A DNA stretch of 64,000 nt from an uncultured Rikenella sp. (GTDB lineage: Bacteria; Bacteroidota; Bacteroidia; Bacteroidales; VadinHA17). The stretch covers positions 13,751-77,750 of the forward strand of contig CAZWOC010000003.1 in assembly GCA_964635655.1 (NCBI GenBank). The letters run 5' to 3'. Positions 8,015-18,177 of the stretch are shown in pieces (the stretch's first letter is position 1; each line of letters opens with the position of its first letter). The notes beneath the pieces were generated by a model. The model had not been told where the DNA came from. It saw only the letters and a list, made by a program, of their open reading frames with translations, and did not search any database. The translations under genes were made by a program, and so were the position numbers.

Positions 8015-10003
8015 CTACTGTATCCTGGCACTCACAGCGTCAGTGGGCCTGCTTTCGAGGCCGTTGTCGTATTTTATGACAATGAAGTAATAATACATTT
8101 TCCCTTTTTCTGCCGTGCCATCTGCAAAACTTTCCGCCTTGCCATCAAGAGTTTTCAGCAGGCTTTCCTTTCCGTTTTCGGGTGCACGGTAAACAAGCAC
8201 CGACTGGATATCATCCGCAACCGGCAGCGTCCACTTCACGGTGATAAACTTTGTTGAGGCAATTGCCGAAACCTCTCCCGGAGGCAAAACTCCGGCAACG
8301 GGAACATATACACTGTATGGCATGCTGAAACTGCTGACATCTGTCGTGTCAGAAGCAATGCACCTGACCCTGTAAATGTACTTTTTGCCTGGTATAACCT
8401 GCTTATCAGTAAAACTGTTTGTCATAAAATTAACTGTTCCCAGCAACTGTCCGGGTCCTGCATCCTGACCTTCACCCGCAACGCTGCGGAAAACTTCGTA
8501 AGCCGTGATGGCAGGATTCAAACCAGCCGCATCACTCCATATGAGTTTCACAGCATCATTCTCCGGAAGGGCATTAAGCCTGTCGGGAACGGGCATGAGG
8601 CCTCCGCTGAAGGAGACACTCACCCGATTACTCATCGGGCTGATATTGTACGATGTGTTTACTGATGCCACTGCATAGCTGTAAACTGCAGAGCGGCTCG
8701 AAACCGGCAGCGTGTCAGCATAAGTAAGCAGACTGTCTGTGGAATGCAGCATCCGGGGCAACTGGCACAGCTCGGAGGTGTACCCGTCAGCACGGTAAAC
8801 ATAATATCCGTGCACATCGTAACCCGCCCTGCGGAACTGCAATGTCACCACATTGCTTTTTCGCGAGGCTGTAAGATCCTGCGGGGGTATTACATTTTCC
8901 CTGTTTCCACGGAGAATTGCCGGGACCCTTGCACCGGGCAGACTGCTGCCGGTACCGCTGTTTAAAACCACATAATAATAGTAGGTTATTGAAGGCTGCA
9001 GGTCTGAGCCGTCAAAATACTCCTTCTGATCAGCCGGTAGCGAGACAACTCTTTTGTAATTATCGTTGTAAGAAGTGGACCTGTAGATTTCAATTGCATT
9101 GACAAATGCAGTCTGGCTGTAATCCCATTTCAGCAGATTCCCGCCCTTTTCAGGTTGCGGAGTGACTGTGAACTCTGTTACAATGCCGATGTCAGCAGGC
9201 TTTGTGACGAAATTGACATTCACGGTTTCTGACGGTTTCCCCAGGTTGCCAAGGCCATCGTACGGAATGGCAATATAACTGTAGATCATGCCCGAGGTCA
9301 CGTCCTTGTCCCTCACAAGGGCCACCATTTTTCCTTTTTCCTGGGCAAACATGGTTTCAGCCGCAACATCACTGAACAGATTTTTCATGTATGGACTCCG
9401 CTGAAGTTTCAGACCCGCTGTATTCTGCATATCAGAAAGTTCATAGCTGATCTCGACGTATCCCATGTTGACCTTGTAACGGAGTGGCACTGCTTCGGCG
9501 GCAGAAGGGGCAGGAGGAAAGGAGACGCTTATCTCCCTGGGCTCCGTTTTGCTGCGCGCCCCGCTGAGACGGCTGATGCGGTATTTGTATGTTCCCGGCG
9601 TCTTGATTCCGTCGTCGAACCAGCCGGCACCGGCGACGTACTGCCATCTCGGATCGGCAGAATGAACGTACAGGGAATCGAGGGTGGCAGAAGGGCTTTT
9701 TATTTTTTCCCAGATGAAATCAGTCATCCCTTCGTTAATTTCTGTCACCGAGGCAACCACTGCCGGCAGCGACATCATCCGTGACCTGCATTCAGCCACA
9801 TTTTCGGGAGCCTTAATCTCCGCAACAGAAGTCCACTTGCCCCTGGCATCCTGCCGTTCGATCAGCCATGAGAAGTTCTTCGGCAGTTCTTTACCGCAGA
9901 ATATATAGTTCCCGGTGGAATATGATTTGCTTGTATAGTTTTGTGCACCGGCAATTTGCATAAGAGCAAACCACACACATGCAAGTAATATTGATTTTTT
10001 CAT
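8015..10003 (-). CDS. secreted protein built of fibronectin-type-III-like repeats; function unknown
   Basis: Signal peptide MKKSILLACVWFALMQIAGAQ. Several ~90-aa modules with the FN3 pattern, e.g. PDRLNALPENDAVKLIWSD...YEVFRS...YIYRVRCIAS and PPGEVSAIASTKFITVKWTLP...VLVYRAP...YYYFIVIKYDNGLES. It starts 11 nt after the giant gene's stop. Confidence 0.6.
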   Translation of the reverse strand: MKKSILLACVWFALMQIAGAQNYTSKSYSTGNYIFCGKELPKNFSWLIERQDARGKWTSVAEIKAPENVAECRSRMMSLPAVVASVTEINEGMTDFIWEKIKSPSATLDSLYVHSADPRWQYVAGAGWFDDGIKTPGTYKYRISRLSGARSKTEPREISVSFPPAPSAAEAVPLRYKVNMGYVEISYELSDMQNTAGLKLQRSPYMKNLFSDVAAETMFAQEKGKMVALVRDKDVTSGMIYSYIAIPYDGLGNLGKPSETVNVNFVTKPADIGIVTEFTVTPQPEKGGNLLKWDYSQTAFVNAIEIYRSTSYNDNYKRVVSLPADQKEYFDGSDLQPSITYYYYVVLNSGTGSSLPGARVPAILRGNRENVIPPQDLTASRKSNVVTLQFRRAGYDVHGYYVYRADGYTSELCQLPRMLHSTDSLLTYADTLPVSSRSAVYSYAVASVNTSYNISPMSNRVSVSFSGGLMPVPDRLNALPENDAVKLIWSDAAGLNPAITAYEVFRSVAGEGQDAGPGQLLGTVNFMTNSFTDKQVIPGKKYIYRVRCIASDTTDVSSFSMPYSVYVPVAGVLPPGEVSAIASTKFITVKWTLPVADDIQSVLVYRAPENGKESLLKTLDGKAESFADGTAEKGKMYYYFIVIKYDNGLESRPTDAVSARIQ

Positions 10004-10014
10004 CGGGTTTAGTT

Positions 10015-13000
10015 TTATTCTTTGCAGCTGCTTAATTTGGAGTCACCGCTCTTCAGCAGGAAGTTGAACCCGCTGGAACCGAATTTTGCCGAAGCATTAA
10101 CGTCTATGCTCTTCGAGACCGTTGTTAACCCCAGGCTCTGGGTGATATCAGCTCCGAAGCCAAGGTTAATTGATGCGTCAATGTAGGAGGGATCTCCAAG
10201 TTGGAACTCGATTCTGCCGTCACCGTCAGCATGCCCGCTGATGCTTGTCCCGGTGATGGCTGCCAGTCCTGCCCCGGCGTGAAGGTAGACATATCCTCCC
10301 AGACCCACCTTCCAGCTTCCGCCGGTAACATTGACATAAGTGTTGCCTCCAATCAATCCAAGGGCATCCACATATCCCTTTGCCAGGACAAAATCAAAAT
10401 CCTCCCTCGCCTTGAACAGTTCCCTGTTGAAGGCAAAGTAAAATCCGGAGAGTCGTTCCGTGTCCTTTTTATAGCACCAGTTAACCACCCTGTCGTCAAT
10501 ATAGCTATTGGTGAGATGCCACATTTCATCGGTAAGCTTGTGCGATCCGAGCATAAGCCCGGTATTATAGTTCCCGGCAAGGATTCCTATGGGAAGGAAC
10601 GCATTGCATGCGCCGATTATATAAAATCCTTCCGCTCCGAAGCAGGATGAGATAGCTCCCTTATGTATCACAACCGACCCCAGTGTCAGTTCGTAATTAA
10701 AGCTCAGAGTCCCGATGAGTTCCTTCGTCTTGAAGTCGAATGTCTGTGACATCGAACCGAACGGGGTATCTATGCTGCTTAAAGAAAGTTTTTCCGAGCT
10801 GGCGGAGATATCACCCAGAACCTCGAAGGTGGTTTTTGTCGGGGCAATGTCGTCGGTTTTTGACTTGTCATTATTTGTGAGGTCACCCGTGAATTTGCAT
10901 GTAGTCCAGTCGCTACCGGCAACAGACATGCCTCCGTTTTCAATTTTCAGGCTGTATCCTTTTGATGCAACAACTGGCGAGGTGATTGATTCATCCTCCT
11001 CGCTGGTCAGCTGGGTAATCCAGTCTTTATCCATCTTCACTTCGAACCGCGGTGTTCCGGTGACCCTTGCAAAGAAGACGGAAGGGATCGGGTTAAACGT
11101 TTTTGCGGGTTTTTCAATCACCTTTCCTGTTATCCTGATCTCATTCTTGTCGATAGCTATCGGTTTCTTGCTGGCGTAAAAATGTACGAATCCCTTTGTT
11201 TCAAAATCCGTGTCAACGTTTTCAAGATCAGGAGGTGCGGCCGGGCTGGTCCAGATTGCACTTAATAAAATGTCACTCACCCGGGGAGCCTCTACATTGA
11301 GTGTTCCGCTGAGCTTCATGTAGTTGGGTCCGTTATATACTGCCTGCGGCAGGAAACTTGCCAGGGTGTTGCCTTTCAGCCGTGCTTTCACCCCTGACTG
11401 CTTCAGCTGAACGATCATCTCGTTGTTGCTCAGGATCTGCAGATAGTCGAAGTCAACCGGGTAGGGCGTTGTCATGTCAGGATTTGTCAGACCTGCCAGA
11501 CCGGGCAGCGATGCCACCTTGTCAGTGCCGTTGCTTATCAGGTTGAAGTTCCAGTGCGGTTTCATATCTGACCCCACCTTCTGCTCGAAATTCAGATGAG
11601 GCTTGATTGCGGGAGTAATCTTCAGAGGAAATATTCCCCCGGCGAGAGCAATTTTATCAAACTGGAACTCGTCAATCTGAAACATGTCATTCCTGAGAAC
11701 GAAACGGGTCAGAGGGATATCGACAATTTTCGTACGGATCAGTGCATTCTGGCTTACAATGCCCCCTTCCGAAGGATCCAGTTTCCAGTCTTTGACTTCA
11801 AGGGTCCACTGTTCCAGCGCAAGCTTTATCGGCACAGTCCCGGATACAGGGCTTACCTTGTTCTGATCAAGCACTATGCCCGGGATATTCACAGTAAACT
11901 TTTCAGGTTGTGCGTTTGCAATATTGCAGGTCAGATCGGCATCAAGGTGTATTTTCCCGTTTTCGTCGATATAACTGTTCAGAGGATTCGCGGTAGCAGG
12001 GAAGTTCAGCAATCTGAAAGCAATTGGCTTCGCATTCCTGTCAGACAGGTAATAAACGGGTTTTGGCTTACTCAGATAATTGATGTATCCTGTCTGGATC
12101 GCTTCCTGGTAGACTGACATGTTGTTGTAAACAGGTTTCGAGGCCTCCGTTTCCGATACTGCGCTTGTAACCAGGTCCACAACGTTGTTTATCTTGTTAT
12201 TCTCATTCCTGGCAAGGTAGAATTCACTCTTGTCAAAATCGAGGTAGCTGCTGGGATAATTGAACGAATTGTCAATGATCTTCATTTTACCGTTTATCTT
12301 CCCGAAATCGTTCACCCTTTTGACGGAGAGAGGCGTTGTGTTGAAGAAATCCTCTGTTTCAGCTGACTGCAAGGCAACGTTGTAGCTGTTCATATACGAC
12401 AGCTTCAGTGATGTGACGCCCCTGATTACAACTTCATCATCATTTGCTATGCCCACTGTCGAACCATCCTTGTCTGTCAGGTTGAAAACGACATCTTCTA
12501 CCCTGAGCACCTTATTCACCTCGTTGAGGGCGAAATCACTGACCGCCTCGGTCCAGTGAATCAGTCCCGTCACCTTTACCTGTTTTGAATTAACGGGGGT
12601 CAGGCTCTCCACTGTCAGCGGGAATCCGTAAATCTTGTTTATTACGGCCTGGCTGTAAGATTTCAGGTTCAGATCAACAACCGCCTTCCCGGCTTTGATT
12701 GAGGCTGACTGTTTGTCGCCCGCAACGGTGAAGGTAGTGTCGAGTGTTGCCCGGATAAAAATTTCCTGGTTATCGACAGGCACTCCCCGCAGGGTGTATT
12801 TCCCCTGGCTGTCGGTATAGGCTGCCACAAGGTTGGCGTCCTGTGTGATCTTGCCTTCCGGTTTGTTATACCCGGGGCCATAGTATTTGGAGGAAGGCTG
12901 GGTTGCAGTTCCTGGCTGTTGGCTGTTTTTCGGTTCAGAGACCACCTGTGCAGATGCCCCGGACTGCAGGCTGTAATTCTTTGTGGCAACTGCCTGGGCT

Positions 13001-16000
13001 GATGTTCCGTACTGCTGGCTGAAACTGAGGGCTGAAACCAGCTGGGTGGAGGTGTTTGAAACATCAATGTAAACCCTGGCATTTTTTACCGGTGTGCCGT
13101 CCAGTTTCACAATGCCGCTTATTTCGTTCCCCTTTTCAAGCTGCACGCTTTTAATTACATAGCCTTCCGTTTCATCACTTTCCACATTGACTGTTTTCGG
13201 GATATACCCGCTTCCGGCAGCTCCCCTGACAATAAATGTGTAATTGTTCACAGAAACGTTTTCGAAGTTGAACCTTGCTATTCCGTTTGCATCGGTGGTT
13301 TTTACCGAGTCGCCAAGCTGGATTGTTGCTCCGGCAATGCGCTTCGCCGGCCCTGCAATGTCAATCTTCTCGGATACTGAGAACTGTATCCGGTGACGGC
13401 GGCGATAAACCATTATATCCTTCAGCTCCAGCTGATCCTGGGCGGCATCAGTGTCCGTAAACACGTATGATGAATTGAAATAGGCAACATCCTTTGGAAT
13501 TATTTTCAATGTATCCTTTGCGACATATGGAGCCGGGACTTCGAAATACCCTGCATTGTCTGTCTCGAAATACTTTCCGTCTCTGACCTGTATGTAAGCC
13601 GGTACAGTTTCAAGGGTGTTACCGGCCAGCTTCTCATCCGGGCATCTGACGGTTCCTGTGACTGTATGCAAGGGTGAGAGACCGATATCCTTTACGAACT
13701 GAACACCTTTCCTGACAAAGGAATAGCCTGCGCCGCTGAAGGAGTCCCTGTATCCGTTCGCCCCGGCGAAGAAATATACGGTTGTCGGATTCTGCCCGTC
13801 AGCCACATACTCGTCCAGTGGCGTACCCCCGGTTGCAAGTATTTCGGCCTTGCCGTAATCGTCCACAGGAACGGTTCGGAAATCATTGCTTCCGGATATT
13901 GACTGTTCTTTGGACACCATAACCCTGGCACCATTGTCTTTGGTCACCAGCGAGCCTGCCTTCACATCACGTACGGTGATCAGCGCCCTGCTCACCAGGG
14001 GTTGCAGTATTACTTCAGCTTCCACGACCGGGATTTCCGGGTTTGCCCAGTCAGTCTCAGTGACCTGCGGAACCTGCGGTGATTCACGGATTGTTGCCTG
14101 GTAGGTCAGAGTATTCTCCGCCACATAACTTGATGACTCGATGAAGTAATACGGGAACTGGGACTGAAGAAGGGCCGGGAGTGGAGAATAGTTGTCCTTG
14201 CTGGCTGAGTTGTAGACCGTAGGCCTTGCCGGCCATAATTGTTCAAATTTTTGACTGAATAAGCCACCGGCGTTCACCTTATCGGTTGTAGAGGCTGCAT
14301 CCTGTGAGTTATACTGAGGATTCAGCAGCTCAGCATATGTGTACTTGCCGTCTCCTTCGCCGTGAGGCAGATTCTTCTTTTTGTCTGCCAGGTTCCGGAA
14401 CAGTGTAACCTGCATCCCTGAGAGGGAGATCTTCTCCTTATCCTCATTAAGTGTCTTCGGATAGACTTTCATCTCGAACTCCCTTACGTAATGGGTGATA
14501 TCAATGGGTGTTTCCATTTCCTCCAGTGGCTGCACCGTGATGATTTCCGCAGAAGGGTAATAGTAGGAGGCGGCATCACCGTCAATTATAATGCGAAACA
14601 CCCGTTTGAAGCCGCTGTATGATTTTGTTTCATACTCGTCATCGACGACATTGCCGGCATGAGGGGTGAGGCTGGCTGTATACTGTTCATCAAATGACGG
14701 ATAGGGGCCGTGGGCCGGTGCCTCCGGCTCCGGGAAAAACATTTCGGCACCGCCTGCAATGCTTTTGTTGTCTTTAAGTTTGCCTCCGTTCAGCTTGCTC
14801 CCTGCCAGTTTACTTCCGGTCAGCTCGAACGAGTTGGACACCTCGTCGAAAGTGATGCTGAAACCGGGGTTGATTGCCGACTGGCTGCCAAGGGCCGCAT
14901 TAGCCGTCCCGAACCCGTTGCCGCCTGGTTTCAATCCTGCGACTGCAGGACCTGCCGGGAATGCAAAGCTGCTGCCGTCATTCCATGGATTTGTCACAAT
15001 CTGATCCAGCCCCTTGAGACCCGCGCCGAGCTCCTTTTTAAACTGGTCTCCGATGCCACCGCCGGGAGTGGTTTCGGGCACTGAATGACTGGTTTTGGAA
15101 TGGGCTACAGTACCCGGGCCAAGGTTTCCCTTAAAATCCAGGTTCACGGTTTCAATCACAAAATTTCCGTTTGCATCAGTCATCCCGGCTGCCATAGTAG
15201 CGTACTGATCAGACAGTGATACATAATCCTCCATGCTTCCGTCCGAATCGTCCGGGTAGAATGTGTAAGATTCGCTTCCGCCCGGTAAACCGGGAATGTT
15301 ATTGTACTGGCTTTTCGTGGCGCCTATCGAGACATTATTTTCATCGACATAGTTTACAATCACCCGGAAGCGGGTATTTGCGAGGGGACGCTTCAGCCTG
15401 GCCGGGTCAGATTTCCAGGTGTAGAGCAATCTGCCGCGTATCACCGATGTGGGCGGCCTGCATGAAACCACCTCATAATCTGCAGTGACGGTCCGGTAAA
15501 AAGCATCCGGGTCCTCTGGTTCCGGCAACTCCAGACCGAACTCCATAGGCTCTGCTATGTAATCATTCTCGTCAAGGAAGTTTGTTGTGCTTGCTCCTGC
15601 TGTAATAATATCTGCAATTACCGATTCAAGGGTAACCTTTTCCGATGAGGTGATGGGGGTTGCCGGGTTATACTTGTATGCAGATGCCTTGACCGCACCG
15701 GTCCCGGTTGCACCTGCCTGTGCGGTGCCGGTCCCTGCCGCACCTGATTTGACCGCAGCGGTTCCTGCCACACCTGATTTGATCATACCGGCGCCTGCTG
15801 TGCCTGGTTTGACCGCACCGGTCCCCGCTGTGCTGGTCCCTGCTGCACCTGCATCAATACCGGTGACCTTCACACCTGACTTTACCGCTCCTGTCCCTGC
15901 CGCGCCTGTTATAACCAGGCCCTGGTTTTTCATTGCGACCCATTTATCGATGTCCTTAACGGCAATAATCTTGTATTTGTCAGAGTTGGATGCAAACAGA

Positions 16001-18177
16001 CGGTCAAAAACTGCATATGACTTGTCTCCCTGGATTACAGTTATTCCCTTTGCCACCACTGTGATTTTCCCGGTAGTGAGCGGAGTCTTCAAATCGATAT
16101 TTCCTTCCCAGTCAGGGATATGCGGTTTTTTATTTTCCCTGTACATTATTACCGGAATGCCTGGAGCAACCGCAACTACCTCCGACTGGTAATATCCTGC
16201 CTGCTGTGTGTCATTCAGGGTATTTTCGACCCCCTGGGTCTTCATCTTTTCCATCGCCTTCTGTGCCTCGGTCTTTTCCTCATGCTGAACTGTGACCTTT
16301 GTACCGTCCTGCGACAGAAAATAGGAGGTAAACCGTTTCCGGACATTCAGATTCAACCGGTAGGCATATGTTCCGGCTACCATTTCGCCGAAGTCGGCAA
16401 AAGAAGACCGGCCTTCCGCCCATTTGAAATATTCTCCTGAACCGGGGGCGTCACCCTGTGATGAAGAACCCGGAGAAACCGAATGATCTGTATGAGTGAC
16501 AATCTTCAGATCAAAATCATCATCAACATAGTACTGATTACCAATCAGTAACCTGCAGAAGACAGTATCATTTTCCATGAATTCAACCGCGACTGGCAAC
16601 TTTGTGTCTATTTTTCCGAGGTCATCGGTCGTAACAGCGACCGAGGCCACTTTTTTCAGGGACCTGTTCCCGACGGTTATTACCGGTGAAGGATCGGCGG
16701 TTCCGGAGCCCACGGGTACCAATGCTTCGGCAATGACATCTGTTCCGGCCACCGGGTAAAGTTCGGGGAATCCCTTGAAGCTGTATTTCAAAACAGCCTG
16801 AACTGAGACTTCCTGCATTTGTGGGCCTTTGAGTTCCCTGTAAACAAACTCAGGACTGGAATAAGGGGCTATCAGGTTGTTTGTTTTACCAAATTGCTTA
16901 AGTGTGGCTTTGTAAACATCACCGTCAGTGAAGCCTGCTTCCCGGGCTTCCTCTTTGCTTATCTGGAGCTTGTTCGGGAGGTTTCCCTGGGCATCTTTGT
17001 CAAATGTCCGTGAGAAGCTGAATGTTGCAGGAGTTGCGGTGTTATTGCTTTTAAGGCGTTCAATGTCAAGCACATATCTCTCTATTCCAAGGCTTTGAAT
17101 CGATTCAGAATCGGTCATTGCCATGGAATCGGCAGTGACAGGTTTGACCCATGCCCAGTTTATCAGCAAATCCTGGTTCTCGTTTACATCCAGCGTATCC
17201 GGCTTGTTCTGAGCCAGTTTTCGGGGAATGATAAAAGTAAATTCTGATTCTGAGCTCCCTGAAGTTGGTTCTGTCTGTGAGCAGGTAAATAACGACGGTT
17301 CGCTATGGCCCTTGTTTTTAAAGGCTGTCATGTTTGACGGGTCAACAGCCGTTACCATGAAAGCATATGATTTCCCTGGTGTAAGAGGGGGATTAGCAAA
17401 TGAATAGAGATATGTATTTGTGAAGAGAGTTGTCTCGAAGAATACGGGATAGCCTGCCGAAAGCAGTTTATCCTGGTAATTGCCGGCCGGGGTTGGCAGT
17501 TCGATGATCTTCAGTTTGTACTGGGTATTTACCGGAGCGCTTGGGGGGCGGGTCCAGAGAAAGGTGACATTCTTTGCTTCAGATTCGCTAAGCTGAGCCT
17601 GATTCACCGGAGAAATGATTATCGGGGCTTCAACCCATGAAACAGTGAACTGGTTACTGCATGCGGCGACTTCTGAAAGGGGTCTGGATGAATCAAAATC
17701 ATAGATTGAGAAACAGATTGTGTAGGTGTTTTCAGGCAGTCCCTGCTGCATGACCTGTTCCCGGGTAATGCCGATGTACTCCAGGCTTTGCCCGGCAAAT
17801 ATCTGGAGAATGTCACTGTATGTCAGGGTATACGGGAGGAACATAATTGCTCCCGTAGGTCCCTGTGTTCCCTTGATCAGTATGGGTGCCGCCGGTTTGT
17901 AACCCTCCCTGGTGCGGATTATGACTGATTCGTCAGCGCTGTATATTGCACCATGAAGGAATACAGGGTATTCCAGCCTGTCAAAACCGGTGGCCACCGG
18001 GGTGATCACGCTGTAAATTTTCCCTGGTACGGCTATGTAATCCGATAGCCGGTTCGAATAGGGGGGCATGACGGTTACAGTCTGCACAAACTGCGCACTG
18101 ACTGTAGCAGAAAGCAATAAACAAAGCGAGACGAATACTTTTCGCCCTGGATGCAGACTCTTAGAAAGTGAAGGCAT
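10015..18177 (-). CDS. giant secreted/surface protein (2,720 aa) with several carboxypeptidase-regulatory-like beta-sandwich modules, low-complexity Gly/Ala/Thr repeats and a Gly-rich C-terminal region; function unknown
   Basis: Uninterrupted 8.16-kb ORF. Signal peptide ...VFVSLCLLLSATVSAQ. Recurrent CarboxypepD_reg-type signatures (MTDANGNFVIETV; VTGTVRC...ETDNAGYFEVP; IAGATIQLGDSVKTTDANGIARFNFENV; ISGIVKLDGTPVKNARVYID...YTDSQGKYTLRGVPV). I recognised no T9SS C-terminal sorting domain. Confidence 0.6.
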   Translation of the reverse strand: MPSLSKSLHPGRKVFVSLCLLLSATVSAQFVQTVTVMPPYSNRLSDYIAVPGKIYSVITPVATGFDRLEYPVFLHGAIYSADESVIIRTREGYKPAAPILIKGTQGPTGAIMFLPYTLTYSDILQIFAGQSLEYIGITREQVMQQGLPENTYTICFSIYDFDSSRPLSEVAACSNQFTVSWVEAPIIISPVNQAQLSESEAKNVTFLWTRPPSAPVNTQYKLKIIELPTPAGNYQDKLLSAGYPVFFETTLFTNTYLYSFANPPLTPGKSYAFMVTAVDPSNMTAFKNKGHSEPSLFTCSQTEPTSGSSESEFTFIIPRKLAQNKPDTLDVNENQDLLINWAWVKPVTADSMAMTDSESIQSLGIERYVLDIERLKSNNTATPATFSFSRTFDKDAQGNLPNKLQISKEEAREAGFTDGDVYKATLKQFGKTNNLIAPYSSPEFVYRELKGPQMQEVSVQAVLKYSFKGFPELYPVAGTDVIAEALVPVGSGTADPSPVITVGNRSLKKVASVAVTTDDLGKIDTKLPVAVEFMENDTVFCRLLIGNQYYVDDDFDLKIVTHTDHSVSPGSSSQGDAPGSGEYFKWAEGRSSFADFGEMVAGTYAYRLNLNVRKRFTSYFLSQDGTKVTVQHEEKTEAQKAMEKMKTQGVENTLNDTQQAGYYQSEVVAVAPGIPVIMYRENKKPHIPDWEGNIDLKTPLTTGKITVVAKGITVIQGDKSYAVFDRLFASNSDKYKIIAVKDIDKWVAMKNQGLVITGAAGTGAVKSGVKVTGIDAGAAGTSTAGTGAVKPGTAGAGMIKSGVAGTAAVKSGAAGTGTAQAGATGTGAVKASAYKYNPATPITSSEKVTLESVIADIITAGASTTNFLDENDYIAEPMEFGLELPEPEDPDAFYRTVTADYEVVSCRPPTSVIRGRLLYTWKSDPARLKRPLANTRFRVIVNYVDENNVSIGATKSQYNNIPGLPGGSESYTFYPDDSDGSMEDYVSLSDQYATMAAGMTDANGNFVIETVNLDFKGNLGPGTVAHSKTSHSVPETTPGGGIGDQFKKELGAGLKGLDQIVTNPWNDGSSFAFPAGPAVAGLKPGGNGFGTANAALGSQSAINPGFSITFDEVSNSFELTGSKLAGSKLNGGKLKDNKSIAGGAEMFFPEPEAPAHGPYPSFDEQYTASLTPHAGNVVDDEYETKSYSGFKRVFRIIIDGDAASYYYPSAEIITVQPLEEMETPIDITHYVREFEMKVYPKTLNEDKEKISLSGMQVTLFRNLADKKKNLPHGEGDGKYTYAELLNPQYNSQDAASTTDKVNAGGLFSQKFEQLWPARPTVYNSASKDNYSPLPALLQSQFPYYFIESSSYVAENTLTYQATIRESPQVPQVTETDWANPEIPVVEAEVILQPLVSRALITVRDVKAGSLVTKDNGARVMVSKEQSISGSNDFRTVPVDDYGKAEILATGGTPLDEYVADGQNPTTVYFFAGANGYRDSFSGAGYSFVRKGVQFVKDIGLSPLHTVTGTVRCPDEKLAGNTLETVPAYIQVRDGKYFETDNAGYFEVPAPYVAKDTLKIIPKDVAYFNSSYVFTDTDAAQDQLELKDIMVYRRRHRIQFSVSEKIDIAGPAKRIAGATIQLGDSVKTTDANGIARFNFENVSVNNYTFIVRGAAGSGYIPKTVNVESDETEGYVIKSVQLEKGNEISGIVKLDGTPVKNARVYIDVSNTSTQLVSALSFSQQYGTSAQAVATKNYSLQSGASAQVVSEPKNSQQPGTATQPSSKYYGPGYNKPEGKITQDANLVAAYTDSQGKYTLRGVPVDNQEIFIRATLDTTFTVAGDKQSASIKAGKAVVDLNLKSYSQAVINKIYGFPLTVESLTPVNSKQVKVTGLIHWTEAVSDFALNEVNKVLRVEDVVFNLTDKDGSTVGIANDDEVVIRGVTSLKLSYMNSYNVALQSAETEDFFNTTPLSVKRVNDFGKINGKMKIIDNSFNYPSSYLDFDKSEFYLARNENNKINNVVDLVTSAVSETEASKPVYNNMSVYQEAIQTGYINYLSKPKPVYYLSDRNAKPIAFRLLNFPATANPLNSYIDENGKIHLDADLTCNIANAQPEKFTVNIPGIVLDQNKVSPVSGTVPIKLALEQWTLEVKDWKLDPSEGGIVSQNALIRTKIVDIPLTRFVLRNDMFQIDEFQFDKIALAGGIFPLKITPAIKPHLNFEQKVGSDMKPHWNFNLISNGTDKVASLPGLAGLTNPDMTTPYPVDFDYLQILSNNEMIVQLKQSGVKARLKGNTLASFLPQAVYNGPNYMKLSGTLNVEAPRVSDILLSAIWTSPAAPPDLENVDTDFETKGFVHFYASKKPIAIDKNEIRITGKVIEKPAKTFNPIPSVFFARVTGTPRFEVKMDKDWITQLTSEEDESITSPVVASKGYSLKIENGGMSVAGSDWTTCKFTGDLTNNDKSKTDDIAPTKTTFEVLGDISASSEKLSLSSIDTPFGSMSQTFDFKTKELIGTLSFNYELTLGSVVIHKGAISSCFGAEGFYIIGACNAFLPIGILAGNYNTGLMLGSHKLTDEMWHLTNSYIDDRVVNWCYKKDTERLSGFYFAFNRELFKAREDFDFVLAKGYVDALGLIGGNTYVNVTGGSWKVGLGGYVYLHAGAGLAAITGTSISGHADGDGRIEFQLGDPSYIDASINLGFGADITQSLGLTTVSKSIDVNASAKFGSSGFNFLLKSGDSKLSSCKE
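15690..15915 (-). repeat. intragenic imperfect tandem repeat (~30-33 nt units) encoding G/A/T/V/K-rich peptide repeats inside the giant gene
   Basis: It encodes ...GAAGTGAVKSGVKVTGIDAGAAGTSTAGTGAVKPGTAGAGMIKSGVAGTAAVKSGAAGTGTAQAGATGTGAVKA... Repeated DNA words cacctgatttgaccgc / ggtccctgc are visible. Boundaries are approximate. Confidence 0.6.

Noticed and set aside
15587-16192. 201-aa plus-strand ORF rich in APVPAAP
   Set aside because: It is the mirror-image translation of the G/A/T-rich repeat of the giant gene on the opposite strand. The other antisense ORFs across 10015-18177 were rejected for the same reason.
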